Positions 14,645-26,186 of a stretch of 61,622 bases of DNA are shown here, piece after piece (the stretch's first letter is position 1; each line of letters begins with the position of its first letter). The stretch lies in assembly GCA_032718475.1 (NCBI GenBank), contig JAUCBJ010007384.1, forward strand, positions 1 through 61,622. Reading direction: 5' to 3'. Under the pieces are notes generated by a model that did no database searches, was not told the DNA's origin, and was given only the letters and a program-made list of their open reading frames with translations. Source of the stretch: Nemertoderma westbladi. Taxonomy: Eukaryota > Animalia > Xenacoelomorpha. The translations under genes and the position numbers were made by a program.

Positions 14645-15814
14645 GGTGTGCGGTCACTTCCTCCCGGACACACCCCCCCCCCCGGACAGTCCCCCCCCCC
14701 CGTTCAAGTAGGACACTTCCCCCCCCAGACACTTCCCCCCAGGACACTTCCCCCCCGACTGTTCTCAACTTCGCACATTCTTATTTTCATTTTGTAAGGT
14801 AAACGGACCGTTTGTATACAGACAAGTTGTATCCAATTTTCCTTTCTTAGCTCAGAAAGTGATCTTTTGCATCCCTATTTTACATTTTGTATCCAAGTTT
14901 TATTTATGGATTTTATCAATGCAATTACATTGTATTGTTTGCTAGGCCTAATCTTTAAACAATTAATTAGATGACCTATAAATTCCATCCCCCAAATGAT
15001 ATATACTGTTTTTATTAATTATAGAGTTATTATAATTAATTGATTTAATTACTGTATAGGTATTATTATGTAATAGTGAATATTATGAATATGAATATTA
15101 TGAATATTATTGTTGCAATCAAAACTACACCTCTCCAGGGTAAAATCGACATGCATCGACCTGTATTCTGTGTTCAGCAATACATATTGATAAATTAATC
15201 AAATTTCCTGGTTACTTGCAATATTTTTAATAGGATTTTGTTGAATTATATAATATTGTACAGTAGTAATTTATTTATTAATTTGGTTAACATTCAATAC
15301 AGCTCTTACTTTAGGCTTAGTCAATTTATTATCTGATGTTACAAACATGAATTGATTATTTTAAAATGGTCTCAAAGTCTTTCACCACGGGCAGCGGGCA
15401 CACAGGGAATGCCGGGATTTGGGGACGGCGTTCCCAACCAAAGAAGCGGGGGTTTGGGGGCTGCAGCCCACAACAAAAGAAGCGGGGGTTTGGGGGAGGC
15501 AGCCCCCAACCTAAGAAGCGGGGGTTTGGGGGCGACAACCCCCAATTAAAAGAAAAACAAACAAAATTTGACTATACAAATGTTTCTTTTATAATTTTGA
15601 AAAAACTTGACTTGATATAACTTGTCCTGTAACCATCTTTAACTTTTGTTTATTGCTTTGGTGCACCCAAATTAATTTTAACACTTTAACTGGGGAGGGG
15701 GGGGGGGGGTGCCCGGGGGGAAGTGTCCGGGGGGGAAGTGTCCGGGGGGAAGTGAACGGGGGGGAACTGTCCGGGGGGGGGGGCTGTCAGGGGGGGGGGG
15801 AGTGTCCTAGATCC
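14645..15814. mobile_element. Non-autonomous TIR DNA element (MITE-like) with C-rich/G-rich sub-repeated termini
   Basis: Left end repeats ggacacttccccccc and carries cggacagtcccc..cgttca; right end has the reverse complements gggggaagtgtcc and tgaacgggg..actgtccg; no coding capacity. Confidence 0.75.
15420..15546. repeat. Three ~40-bp GC-rich hairpin units (aagaagcgggggtttggggg..gcagcccc..caac) inside the MITE
   Basis: Direct tandem repetition visible. Confidence 0.75.
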
Positions 15815-16019
15815 CCCCTCCCACCATCACCTTTACGCTCCACACCACCCACCAGCGATATCTACCTCCATCGGAAGTAGTAGCGCCGCATTGCTCAACG
15901 CCCAATACTGCGCTGTTTGTTTATTAATTGAAAAGTCCTTTCTTACCTGTAGACCATGCACTATTTTTTTAGTATTTTTTTCATTTTTTCGAAAGTAGTT
16001 TTTTCATACATACACAGAT

Positions 16020-16250
16020 ACTTTAGAAAAAAATGAAAAAAATACCTTCAAAAAAATGAAAAAATACCTTTCAAAAAAATGAAAAAAATACCTTTCAAAA
16101 AAATGAAAAAAATACTTACTTTCGAAAAAATAGAAAAAAGCACTTACTTTTGAAAATAATGAAAAAAATACTTTCAAAAAAATGAAAAGAATACTTACTT
16201 TTGCAAAAAATGAAAAAAAGCTTACTTTCGAAAAAAAAATGAAAAAATAC
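16020..16250. repeat. A-rich ~21-bp minisatellite (aaaaaatgaaaaaataccttc-like)
   Basis: Direct tandem repetition; an inverted copy lies at about 15970-15995. Confidence 0.75.
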
Positions 16251-16282
16251 TCGATAAACTAGTAAATGGCCGGAAATCACCA

Positions 16283-16487
16283 CCGTAAAAAACACCGCTT
16301 TTTTCACAAATTTTCAATTTAGCGAAATTCAACTATTCTGTCCGAGTGGTTGAGTTTTACAAGAGTTGGCAGGTTTCTAGCTCGAGCGAAGCGAGTGTTA
16401 AAATGCCAACGAGTGGAAAACTCAACACACGAGGGCAGAATATCTAGATTTCGCTCAAGAAAATGAGTGGAAAATAGTGTTTTCCGT
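16283..16487. mobile_element. Palindromic hairpin element centred on CTCGAGCGAAGCGAG
   Basis: Arm pairs: agcgaaat/atttcgct, tattctg/cagaata, gttgagtttt/aaaactcaac, gttggca/tgccaac. Confidence 0.65.
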
Positions 16488-16884
16488 TACGTTTTTATAT
16501 CAAATATATTGTTTTATTTGAAAAAAATATCACCAGCGTTATCAATGTTTACGACCTATAATATTACTACAGTATGTTTTAATACGGAATCTCAAATCTC
16601 AAATAAATACATATACAGTAGCTACTGTAGCTGTACAGTAAGCTACCTGACAAGCATCGGTCTACATTATATAGGCCTAATCATTAGGCACCACTACTAC
16701 TACTACTACTAGGATCGGCATGCTGCATTGCAGCTGCATTTTTAAGAATGCTGGCACAGCATTCTTAAATAAATATTGATTATATTTTTATTGAAATACT
16801 GATTATACACCAGGAACTTACTCAATTATATGAAAGTATGTATCAATTTCATTATGTTGTGTAGTAAATAGTTTTTTTATTAAA

Positions 16885-17005
16885 TAAAAAATAAGTTAAA
16901 AAAGTATAAAATTAGTTAAAAAAAGTAAAAATTAGTAAAAAGGAAAAATTAGTTAAAAAAAGTAAAAAATTAGTTAAAAAAAGTAAAAAGTTAGTTAAAA
17001 AAAAA
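16885..17005. repeat. A-rich ~20-bp minisatellite (aaaaaagtaaaaattagtt)
   Basis: Direct tandem repetition. Confidence 0.7.
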
Positions 17006-17253
17006 GACTATTTTTTAACTAATTTTCTGGAAATTAGTGAAAAAAAGTTAGATTAATTAACTCAATTTTATAAATATTAGTGAGAAAAAGGGAAGGGCCT
17101 TTTTCAAATAAAACGGTATTATTACTAAAGTTATCATATCATTAAGATATATTGCGCACCGGGGATAGTATAGTACAGTAATATATACTCTGGACTGATA
17201 GAGTCGATTATGTGAAAATAGGACCGTGAACCAATCAATGTAAATAATGTAAC

Positions 17254-17260
17254 AAAAAAA
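17254..17260 (-). terminator. RNA polymerase III oligo-T terminator of tRNA-Ser
   Basis: T7 run on the minus strand 5 nt after the tRNA 3' end. Confidence 0.8.
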
Positions 17261-17265
17261 GCTTT

Positions 17266-17347
17266 CGACGAGGATGGGATTCGAACCCACGCGGGGAGAC
17301 CCCATTGGATTAGCAGTCCAACGCCTTAACCACTCGGCCACCTCGTC
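17266..17347 (-). tRNA. tRNA-Ser (anticodon GCT), 82 nt, long variable arm
   Basis: Reverse complement is GACGAGGTGGCCGAGTGGTTAAGGCGTTGGACTGCTAATCCAATGGGGTCTCCCCGCGTGGGTTCGAATCCCATCCTCGTCG: acceptor stem GACGAGG/CCTCGTC, anticodon stem TTGGA/TCCAA around CT-GCT-AA, intact A and B boxes. Confidence 0.97.
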
Positions 17348-17469
17348 GGGCGAATGATGAGATTCATAGTTATGTAATAATAGAATTTATGCTGGCATTG
17401 CTAAGTATAGCTCCGCGAGTATTTTGCAGATGTTGACTCGCCTGGCGGCGACGCCCCGACAGACTTGCG

Positions 17470-18595
17470 AAATTTGTCTCAACCTCCTCCTTACTGGGTG
17501 AGCCAGAATTTGTATTTTCGCTCTAAATCTTTAGCTACAAGCGTTTGAAAATAGTGTCTCCGGCGACATTGCACCAAAATGCAGTCATTCTTCAAGATTA
17601 TAGTAATTTAATTAATTAGTTAGTTGCAATGGAAAGCTGGCCATGCAAGGATTTCAAATATATAAAAATATTTGAATATGCATGGGAAATGGTTGAGTTA
17701 TGGGCGTCAGAATATTGCATGTATTTGCTTCCGCTGAAAAAATGAAAACAATATAGTTTTACTTTAATAGATGGGATTGCTTTCTCCTCTATGAAAGGGG
17801 AATGAGTTGGGGCCCCTCCGGGTCCTAATGCTGGTCTTGTTAATTTTATTTCCAAGAAATTATGGATGACATATTTTAGCACATTTTATATGGCATAATT
17901 ATATTTCTTATTATTATAATAATTAAAATATCCATATTACCGGAACGATAATTATTTAAATAATAAGATAAAATAATATACTATTTATGAAAAAGTTTTG
18001 GGGGCCCCAAACCTACTCGGGGTCCGGGACAGCAGTCCCAAAAGTCCCGCCGTTAAATACGGCCCTGTATACGCTCCAATACACGATCACCAATCAGAGC
18101 AAATGATACATCGATCGAAAGCTCTCTTCCCGAGCACGTAAACTATCTCTATCTCGAGGCTTGTTTTATGCTTATGCTTCCGTGAATGCGTATTTTGTGT
18201 TAGCCGCAACATGTTGTGTGACAAAATCTCAATGTGATTCGAATATTCCTTTGCTGGGAGTAAAGTGTTAGCAAGGCAGCTGCTCCTGGCAGACCAATTA
18301 TCTCTTGAGGTGGCCTCAGACAGGGGGTATTGGTTATCTCTGCTTAAGTGCTGTCTGGGGAAGTTATCTCAACAAATAGGACCCCGCAGGAGAACGGACT
18401 GTAACTATGCCGTGATTGGTTATTGACTTATATTGGCAAGAACAAGCAGTGCTTAATTACTAGATGGTTGATAACTGCAGTACGATTAGTGCCATATCGC
18501 TGGATACACTTTTTCAAACGCTTGTAGCTAAAGATTGAGAGCGAAAATAAAAATTATGTTTCACCCACGACGGTGGAGGTATGTGAAACTATCTC
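17470..18595. mobile_element. Degenerate element bounded by ~100-bp inverted repeats
   Basis: 17507-17575 (ttttcgctctaaatctttagctacaagcgtttgaaaatagtgt) is the near reverse complement of 18489-18557 (acactttttcaaacgcttgtagctaaagattgagagcgaaaa); related fragment at about 20800-20840; TSD not identified. Confidence 0.55.
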
Positions 18596-18797
18596 TGTTT
18601 CAAATTTCATGCAATCTCATTAAGGGGGGGGGGGGGGGGGGGGGTGTGTCACTGAATTACGACACTTATATTCCAGGGCATATGGTGTAGGGTCTAGGCT
18701 GTGCATCTCAAGTGGCTGTTAGAGACCTACGCCTTCATGTCTACAGTATGTCGCCCCTGCGGAGGATATGCCGATGAATACAGCCACTGCTGCTCGT

Positions 18798-20371
18798 CTT
18801 GCACCAATGGCCCCTCCATTGGATCCGACCTACACCTGGCGTTCCACTTGCACCAATGGCCCCTCCATTGGATCCGACCTACACCTGGCGTTCCACGTGC
18901 ACCAATGGCCCCTCCATTGGATCCGACCTACACCTGGCGTTCCACGTGCACCAATGGCCCCTCCATTGGATCCGACCTACACCTGGCGTTCCACGTGCAC
19001 CAATGGCCCCTCCATTGGATCCGACCTACACCTGGCGTTCCACTTGCACCAATGGCCCCTCCATTGGATCCGACCTACACCTGGCGTTCCACTTGCACCA
19101 ATGGCCCCTCCATTGGATCCGACCTACACCTGGCGTTCCACTTGCACCAATGGCCACTCCATTGGATCCGACCTACACCTGGCGTTCCACTTGCACCAAT
19201 GGCCCCTCCATTGGATCCGACCTACACCTGGCGTTCCACTTGCACCAATGGCCCCTCCATTGGATCCGACCTACACCTGGCGTTCCACGTGCACCAATGG
19301 CCCCTCCATTGGATCCGACCTACACCTGGCGTTCCACTTGCACCAATGGCCCCTCCATTGGATCCGACCTACACCTGGCGTTCCACGTGCACCAATGGCC
19401 CCTCCATTGGATCCGACCTACACCTGGCGTTCCACTTGCACCAATGGCCCCTCCATTGGATCCGACCTACACCTGGCGTTCCACTTGCACCAATGGCCCC
19501 TCCATTGGATCCGACCTACACCTGGCGTTCCACTTGCACCAATGGCCCCTCCATTGGATCCGACCTACACCTGGCGTTCCACGTGCACCAATGGCCCCTC
19601 CATTGGATCCGACCTACACCTGGCGTTCCACTTGCACCAATGGCCCCTCCATTGGATCCGACCTACACCTGGCGTTCCACTTGCACCAATGGCCCCTCCA
19701 TTGGATCCGACCTACACCTGGCGTTCCACTTGCACCAATGGCCCCTCCATTGGATCCGACCTACACCTGGCGTTCCACTTGCACCAATGGCCCCTCCATT
19801 GGATCCGACCTACACCTGGCGTTCCACTTGCACCAATGGCCCCTCCATTGGATCCGACCTACACCTGGCGTTCCACTTGCACCAATGGCCCCTCCATTGG
19901 ATCCGACCTACACCTGGCGTTCCACTTGCACCAATGGCCCCTCCATTGGATCCGACCTACACCTGGCGTTCCACTTGCACCAATGGCCCCTCCATTGGAT
20001 CCGACCTACACCTGGCGTTCCACTTGCACCAATGGCCCCTCCATTGGATCCGACCTACACCTGGCGTTCCACTTGCACCAATGGCCCCTCCATTGGATCC
20101 GACCTACACCTGGCGTTCCACTTGCACCAATGGCCCCTCCATTGGATCCGACCTACACCTGGCGTTCCACTTGCACCAATGGCCCCTCCATTGGATCCGA
20201 CCTACACCTGGCGTTCCACTTGCACCAATGGCCCCTCCATTGGATCCGACCTACACCTGGCGTTCCACTTGCACCAATGGCCCCTCCATTGGATCCGACC
20301 TACACCTGGCGTTCCACTTGCACCAATGGCCCCTCCATTGGATCCGACCTACACCTGGCGTTCCACGTGCA
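18798..20371. repeat. 49-bp tandem array, ~32 nearly identical copies: GCACCAATGGCCCCTCCATTGGATCCGACCTACACCTGGCGTTCCAC(T/G)T
   Basis: Period 49 (18801 to 18850); the only variation seen is a T/G dimorphism and one C>A change. Confidence 0.98.
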
Positions 20372-22797
20372 AGCGCTAAAATTGGACCCGTAGATCAACT
20401 TACTGTATCTACTTATTATTTTAATATTTTAATGTCTGTTTTAATTTATATTATATTGTATTTTAAAAATATTGTTCTCTTAATTTTACTATTCATTTTA
20501 CTACATACCCGTTGGATATTTATTAAAGTCTTAAATCATAATAATATATTTCAATTAATAGAATGAATATGTGTTACACCAGGCCCCGGAATAGTAGTGT
20601 CATTTGACATGCTCGTCCACCCCCAACCCCAAAAAATGTTCTACATAAGATTCCATGCAATCTGAAACCCACTGTTTGAATTCCCCAAATTTCGGCTTTC
20701 GCAACAAAATTCTGTTTTAATTACATACCGGTATTAAGAAACCCAGCAAAGTCATCTCTCCATCGGTTCTGTACCAACGAATCGCTATAACGGTTAAGAA
20801 CTGCAGTACGACTGGTGAAATATCGACGGAGACACCTTTTTTTATACTGTTGTAGGCCTAACTACAGTAAACAATGAAAGTAATAATGAAAATTAGACTA
20901 ACCAACTACTGTAAAGGGGGAGGGAGGTCAAAATACCTTGGTATTTAAAGCAATATCATTGAGTTGTGGAAACATTTACGAGGAGTGTCCGCTATCCATG
21001 TCAGTGAATTACGCAATATGTTCCAGTGCTTGGTGTGTATTGAGGGTGCGACACCCCCACCCCACCATATTTTGGATCAAGTCGGTAAAAACACGACGAT
21101 TGAGTCTGAGAAGACGGTAAAACACAGTCGGGTTGGGAAAGTCGGTAAATTTTTGAACAATGAAGAAATAAATTGATATTCCCAAAATGATAGGATTACA
21201 ATAAATAAAATAGTAGGCCTACTGTATACAATATAACAGTACATAACACTGTCGATATGAAAACTAGATTGTATAGATTAGACTAGAGAGGCGAAATTTA
21301 CTGTAGCAATGCAACACTATGTCATTATTTTTTTACAAGTTTTTTAATTTTTTTTATAATTTTGGGAATACATTTAGGGTGTCAACAGGATAAAGCACCG
21401 AAACATCAGTGAAAGTTAAAAACGGTAAAAATAAAAGAACCAAAAGACGAAAAAAGTGATTGGAGGGTGGAGGCAGGGGCGTCGCAGCCACCCCTGCGAC
21501 ACCTGCGTTCCAGCAGTTATGGCAGCCGATTTCTTACAAAGACGTAGTTTAAATGCTCGGCGAAAAATAAAGGACAAAATATAAATAATCCTATACTGTA
21601 GAAGGTTAATAATTTCCACAATTAATTTTTATTACAAATTCAACAACAGTATGATAACATGATAATATTTTGTAACATTATGGAAGGACCCAAGTACAAT
21701 ACTGTAGTTAAGTAGATCCACCGGAAAGTGTTGGTGCCGACGGAAAACTGTCCATGGAATTCCAAATAATACAGTATGTAACAAACTTATTTTCTTTGTG
21801 GAATAATCAGAGCTGGAAACGCCTGGAAATGTTTTTTTTTTAGATATTGTGGCTTGTACAGATAGGGTGGGGGGGGGGGGGGGGGGGAGTTTCGACGCAA
21901 TTAAAACTCATTCCACTCCAGGGAAAATCGCAGCAAATAACAGCTTATTAACCCCAAAAATATAACTGCATCCTATTCTATTGACTTTAGTTTATTGATT
22001 GGGCCAGTAACGTGCCACTGTAACCTGCTCCTTTCCTAAAATTGACAATTTAACATTGAGGCGAAATATTAAATCTATTTGGAAAAACTTATAAAACCTA
22101 AGGGTTTTTCTAAAATCCTAAGCAAAAAACCTAAACCTATTGTTTTTTTTTTAAAAACGTAGCATTTAAAATTCTAGTATTTTTCCTTCACAATAATACA
22201 GTATTCTGTAGCATTTAAATTATGTATGAATATCAACTTAATTCGTAATATAATATAAGAATGTAGAGTTCATTGTTGCCCAGGTACTTGTGAGATAAAT
22301 TAGTGATCCATAATACTGGATTTACATATAATAAAATAGCTTCGCTCATATGCAAAACAATGTAACTTTCGAACTCCCATATCTCAGATATTTTTCAACG
22401 AAATTCAAATTGTGTTACAAATTGTTTACAAATTCAGATTTGTATTCGTATATATTTGTATATTTTTGTATGTGGATTTGATTCAAAATTGTGTTACTTT
22501 TTAAAGTGTAATAGGGTGGAGGTGGTCGCACAAGCCAAATCTTGCAGTTCGACTTACATTGCAATTTCACTTTTTAATGCACTGTAAGGGGCCGCAGGCA
22601 AAATCTTGCAGGGGGCGCATGTTGATGTTGCGACGCCACTGCAGCACTGGGTGGAGGGCAATGGCATTCAGTATGTCGGTTACCGGACTGGTACCATAAT
22701 GCTGTAATGAGCAGAAGTGGATTTTTATTTTTGTTTGGTAAGCTACGATACATTACTGCTGTACTGTTTGTTACCGGTATCGCACAGCTACCAAAAC

Positions 22798-23493
22798 ATG
22801 GGTTTTGTTTATCACTGGACAATATTTATATTTTTAAAAATCTATTTATTTTCATTCAACTTTAAATCGGTCGCTTCTGAGTCTCCAATTTCTGATCTAT
22901 TCCAACTCGAAGGAAAAGTTTTAGTAGCGGGAGTGAAACACCACCAATGGATACCCGATTCGCGAGTGCTCCTAGACGGCGGAGATTACATCGGCTACTT
23001 TAAATCGGACGGGAGTTTCGTAGTGAACAACGTTCCCTCTGGTAGCTACATCGTTGAAGTCGCATCGCCCGCGTTCGTGTTCGAATCTGTTCGAGTCGAC
23101 GTCTCTCAGAAGGGGAAGTTCCGCGCTCGTAAACTGAACTTGTTGCAACCATCCGAGGTGGTCTCCGTGCAATACCCGCTGCGGTTGAAGTCCCTCGGGA
23201 AAGCGCCGTATTTCAAGCAACGAGAGTCGTGGCGTTGGACGGACTTCTTGTTCAACCCGATGGTAATTATGATGGTATTGCCTCTGTTGATAGTCGGGGT
23301 TCTCCCAAAGTTGATGCCATCCACTGACGATCCAGAGACACAACAGGAGGTGCAACAGATACAGGATAGACTCGGTGTCGGAGGCAACAAGGAACTCCCC
23401 GAAATGAGCGATTTCTTTACTTGGATGTTCCCCTCGGATAAGAAGAAAAAGAAAGATCGGGAAATACGAACCGGGAAGAGGAGAGATCGTTAA
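22798..23493 (+). CDS. EMC7: ER membrane protein complex subunit 7, 231 aa, single exon
   Basis: ATG at 22798 in AAAC-ATG-G context gives a signal-peptide-like N-terminus. GYFKSDGSFVVNNVPSGSYIVEV, VRVDVSQKGKFRAR, RESWRWTDFLFNPMVIMMVLPLLI (TM) and ELPEMSDFFT resemble known EMC7 motifs; basic C-terminal tail. The ORF-track start at 22717 is a GTG and is not used. Confidence 0.93.
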   Translation: MGFVYHWTIFIFLKIYLFSFNFKSVASESPISDLFQLEGKVLVAGVKHHQWIPDSRVLLDGGDYIGYFKSDGSFVVNNVPSGSYIVEVASPAFVFESVRVDVSQKGKFRARKLNLLQPSEVVSVQYPLRLKSLGKAPYFKQRESWRWTDFLFNPMVIMMVLPLLIVGVLPKLMPSTDDPETQQEVQQIQDRLGVGGNKELPEMSDFFTWMFPSDKKKKKDREIRTGKRRDR

Positions 23494-23520
23494 GAAAGTG
23501 CGACATGAAGTTAATGGCTA

Positions 23521-23526
23521 AATAAA
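23521..23526 (+). promoter_or_regulatory. Candidate polyadenylation signal AATAAA of EMC7
   Basis: Canonical hexamer 27 nt after the stop codon. Confidence 0.5.
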
Positions 23527-24179
23527 GTTATTTATTCGCCTTCTTCGGGTCTCCATGATTCTAAAACCTTCTTGCCCTTTCCGTCCTTTCAAATATGTCT
23601 CCTCCTGTTTAGATTTCAATTTTATGTACAAATTATTATTAGCTACCGGGTACCGTAGCGTCTTTACTCGTTAAAACAACGACTTGTAATTTATTGACCC
23701 GTTTTGTTTTATTTTGGTAATTTATATATTTAACCTTGAAGATTGTTTCTGTAACAAAGTTTCGGTTTTATATTTATACAGTACGTCTAGTCCACCCAGA
23801 CCCCTTCTGTGATAAAAGTCTCCAGACATTATTATAAACATGATATTAATAAAATGGCTAAATGGATGTTTTATTTGTTATATTTTTAAATATGAAAAAA
23901 AATTTCATAAAAATGTCGTTGTATTTAAATTATTTTTGACAAAAGTTATTGTCGAACAAAGAAAGAAGGTACCGTTCCGGTACCTGTTATCCAAAATAGC
24001 GGGAAAGTTTGAATTATTCCTTAAATTTTAAGCCCATTTTTCTCAGAATGTATTTTTTTCACGAAAAAAACTATATTCTTTTACAAAAAGAAAGTACTGG
24101 ACTGGTACTAACGATTTTTTTGTCCGACTTAGTAGAATGTGCATTTAAACATTCTACTAGTACTATTCCTCGAAAAAGA

Positions 24180-24340
24180 GATACAAAATAATTATTTATT
24201 ACATGGGAAAAAAGGTAGAACTTTTTTCACTATTCTCGAGGCATTTTATTTACCGAGCGTCAGCGAGGTTATTAAAGGGTCGAGAGAATATGGAAAAAAT
24301 TATGTTCTGCGTTTTTTTTCCATGTAAAAAATTGTATTCC
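24180..24340. mobile_element. Palindromic hairpin element centred on CCGAGCGTCAGCGAGG; related copy at ~28060-28185
   Basis: Arms ttacatgggaaaaaa / ttttttccatgtaa and tattctc / gagaata; the same terminal motifs recur at 28072-28175. Confidence 0.6.
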
Positions 24341-25887
24341 CTATCTACCCTGGGGGGGGGGGGGGATTCCGCCTAGACCATTATAAAACCCGCTGGCATT
24401 TCTAACGTGTTAGAGGTATGACCTTGAAACTTCTTGACCTTTCCTCAGATTTATTCCTCTTTCCAAATGAAAAAAAAACCCTGGGTCTAACCTCGCCCGT
24501 TTTTTTCTTACAGGACCTTTCTCGCACCCATGTCAGGATTTTTGAAAATAACAAAAAAAAACAAAAAATTATAGAGTAAATTATAACATTGCCCAAAACC
24601 ATGCAAATCCTATTCTAAATCGCTGTTTTGACTACAATATATCTAATGTTTAGAACAAGGGCCTAGCAGGTATTTTTCATGTGGGCACCAAATTTGGGTG
24701 TACACGAAATTTTCATTATTGATTGTTTCGAAATTATCATTATTTGACCTGTATTCCCGCGATTTGTAGGTTTTCTGTGATGGCGAATTCAATAGAATTG
24801 AAATGAAGGTCATAAGAGAAACGCAATTACCATTTTTCCTTCGCGCACTAAACGTGGGTGCATCCGCTACTCGAAATTTTCCAAATTTATTTGTTTTGAA
24901 TATTCATTGTATGATCTATATTCATATTTTTATATTTTACATAATATATTCACATTTTAATTTAGGTTTTCTATGATTGTCAATGCAATGGTAATAAAAT
25001 GGAGTTCATCCGAGTAACGCAAAACTACCATTCTACATTTAACATTGTCCCTACGGAAGTCGATTTTTTTACATTTTTAAAACTCCCAAAAATAAAACTA
25101 TAACCTGTTCTATTGACTTTAGTTTATTGTTTTGGTTAAAATAACGTGCCACTGGAACCTGCTCCTTTCCCTTAATTGATAATTTGGAATCCGGATCCGC
25201 GTTTTACACCTACCCTAGTAGTAAGTCTAAACTACAGTCTCCACAGACAAACACTGGGCATATCAATGTATACATAATGTGACAGGTAACAAAGCAATTT
25301 AGAATATGTAGCATGCAGCTCCATCAATAATCTATCCTGCAGACAAGAATACCTACTGTACTATACGAAAGTATCAACAACACTAGCGGTATTTATATTA
25401 GTCAGCATCAGCAATTATTACATTGGCGTTCATTCAACCTTCCTTCCCTTTACTATCGACCCTGCTTAGAATAAGACATTTTATTATGCCCGGAATTGTT
25501 TTTATCCGGGATATGCGTTCAGTCCCCCCCCCCCCCCCCCCTCCTTTCCCAAATAATTGCATACTTTTTTGCTTATAATTTACATAAAATTAATATTTCG
25601 AAACAAATAATTTTGAAAGTTTCGTGCTGCACCCACTTTTGGTGTCAGCACGAAAAATGGTAGTTGCAGTACTTGTATCAACTCAATTTCATTACCATTG
25701 AATTCGTCACCACCAATGTACACGTAATACTTGAAAATCAGGTACATATGTCACATTATCCGCAATTACATTTTTCCATTGCACAAAACCACTATTTTTC
25801 ATATTTGAGGAACTGAAAATTTGAGGAATTAGATTTTTTTTCAAGATTGTGTTAAAATATACCACTGGTTATATTGAATAAATATTG

Positions 25888-26186
25888 AAAATAAATTGAA
25901 CTGTAGTATTTTACTATATTGCTTCCATAGTTACTGCGATTCAAATTATTGTACTCTTCAGATCCTGATGCTGCTTTACTCAATGTTAAATAATTTAGTG
26001 TTCCCGAATATTTATTACGTAACTAGAGAGCCGCTTAACTACATAAACCAATATTGGATATTTGAGTTCGGTTTTGGTGTTCGCCTTGCAGAGACTAAAG
26101 TTGCAATAACTTTTGAGTGTTTGAATGGATTTTCCTCAAATTAAGTGCAAACCTTTTCTACATCAATACTCTTTTAACATATGTAA
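25888..26186. repeat. ~300-bp dispersed repeat; inverted copy at 27683-27998
   Basis: For example tattttactatattgcttccat..tcctgatgctgc..aaataatttagtgttc.cgaatatttattacgtaa is matched in reverse complement at 27860-27985. Confidence 0.8.

Noticed and set aside
17057-17341. 94-aa ORF MAEWLRRWTANPMG...
   Set aside because: Translation of the tRNA-Ser gene and its flank
18240-18470. GC-richer patch with three TTATCT (GATA) sites as an enhancer or exon
   Set aside because: No recognisable peptide or splice structure; motif count alone is insufficient
18798-20371. CRISPR array (palindromic repeats of CRISPR-like size)
   Set aside because: No unique spacers, no cas genes, eukaryotic context
18701-20566. 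Three long ORFs (621, 541, 526 aa) as protein-coding genes
   Set aside because: They arise because the 49-bp unit has no stop codon in any + frame; no domain and no codon-level signal
22717-22797. N-terminal extension of EMC7 in the ORF track
   Set aside because: Starts at GTG; the ATG at 22798 has a good context and gives a signal-peptide-like start
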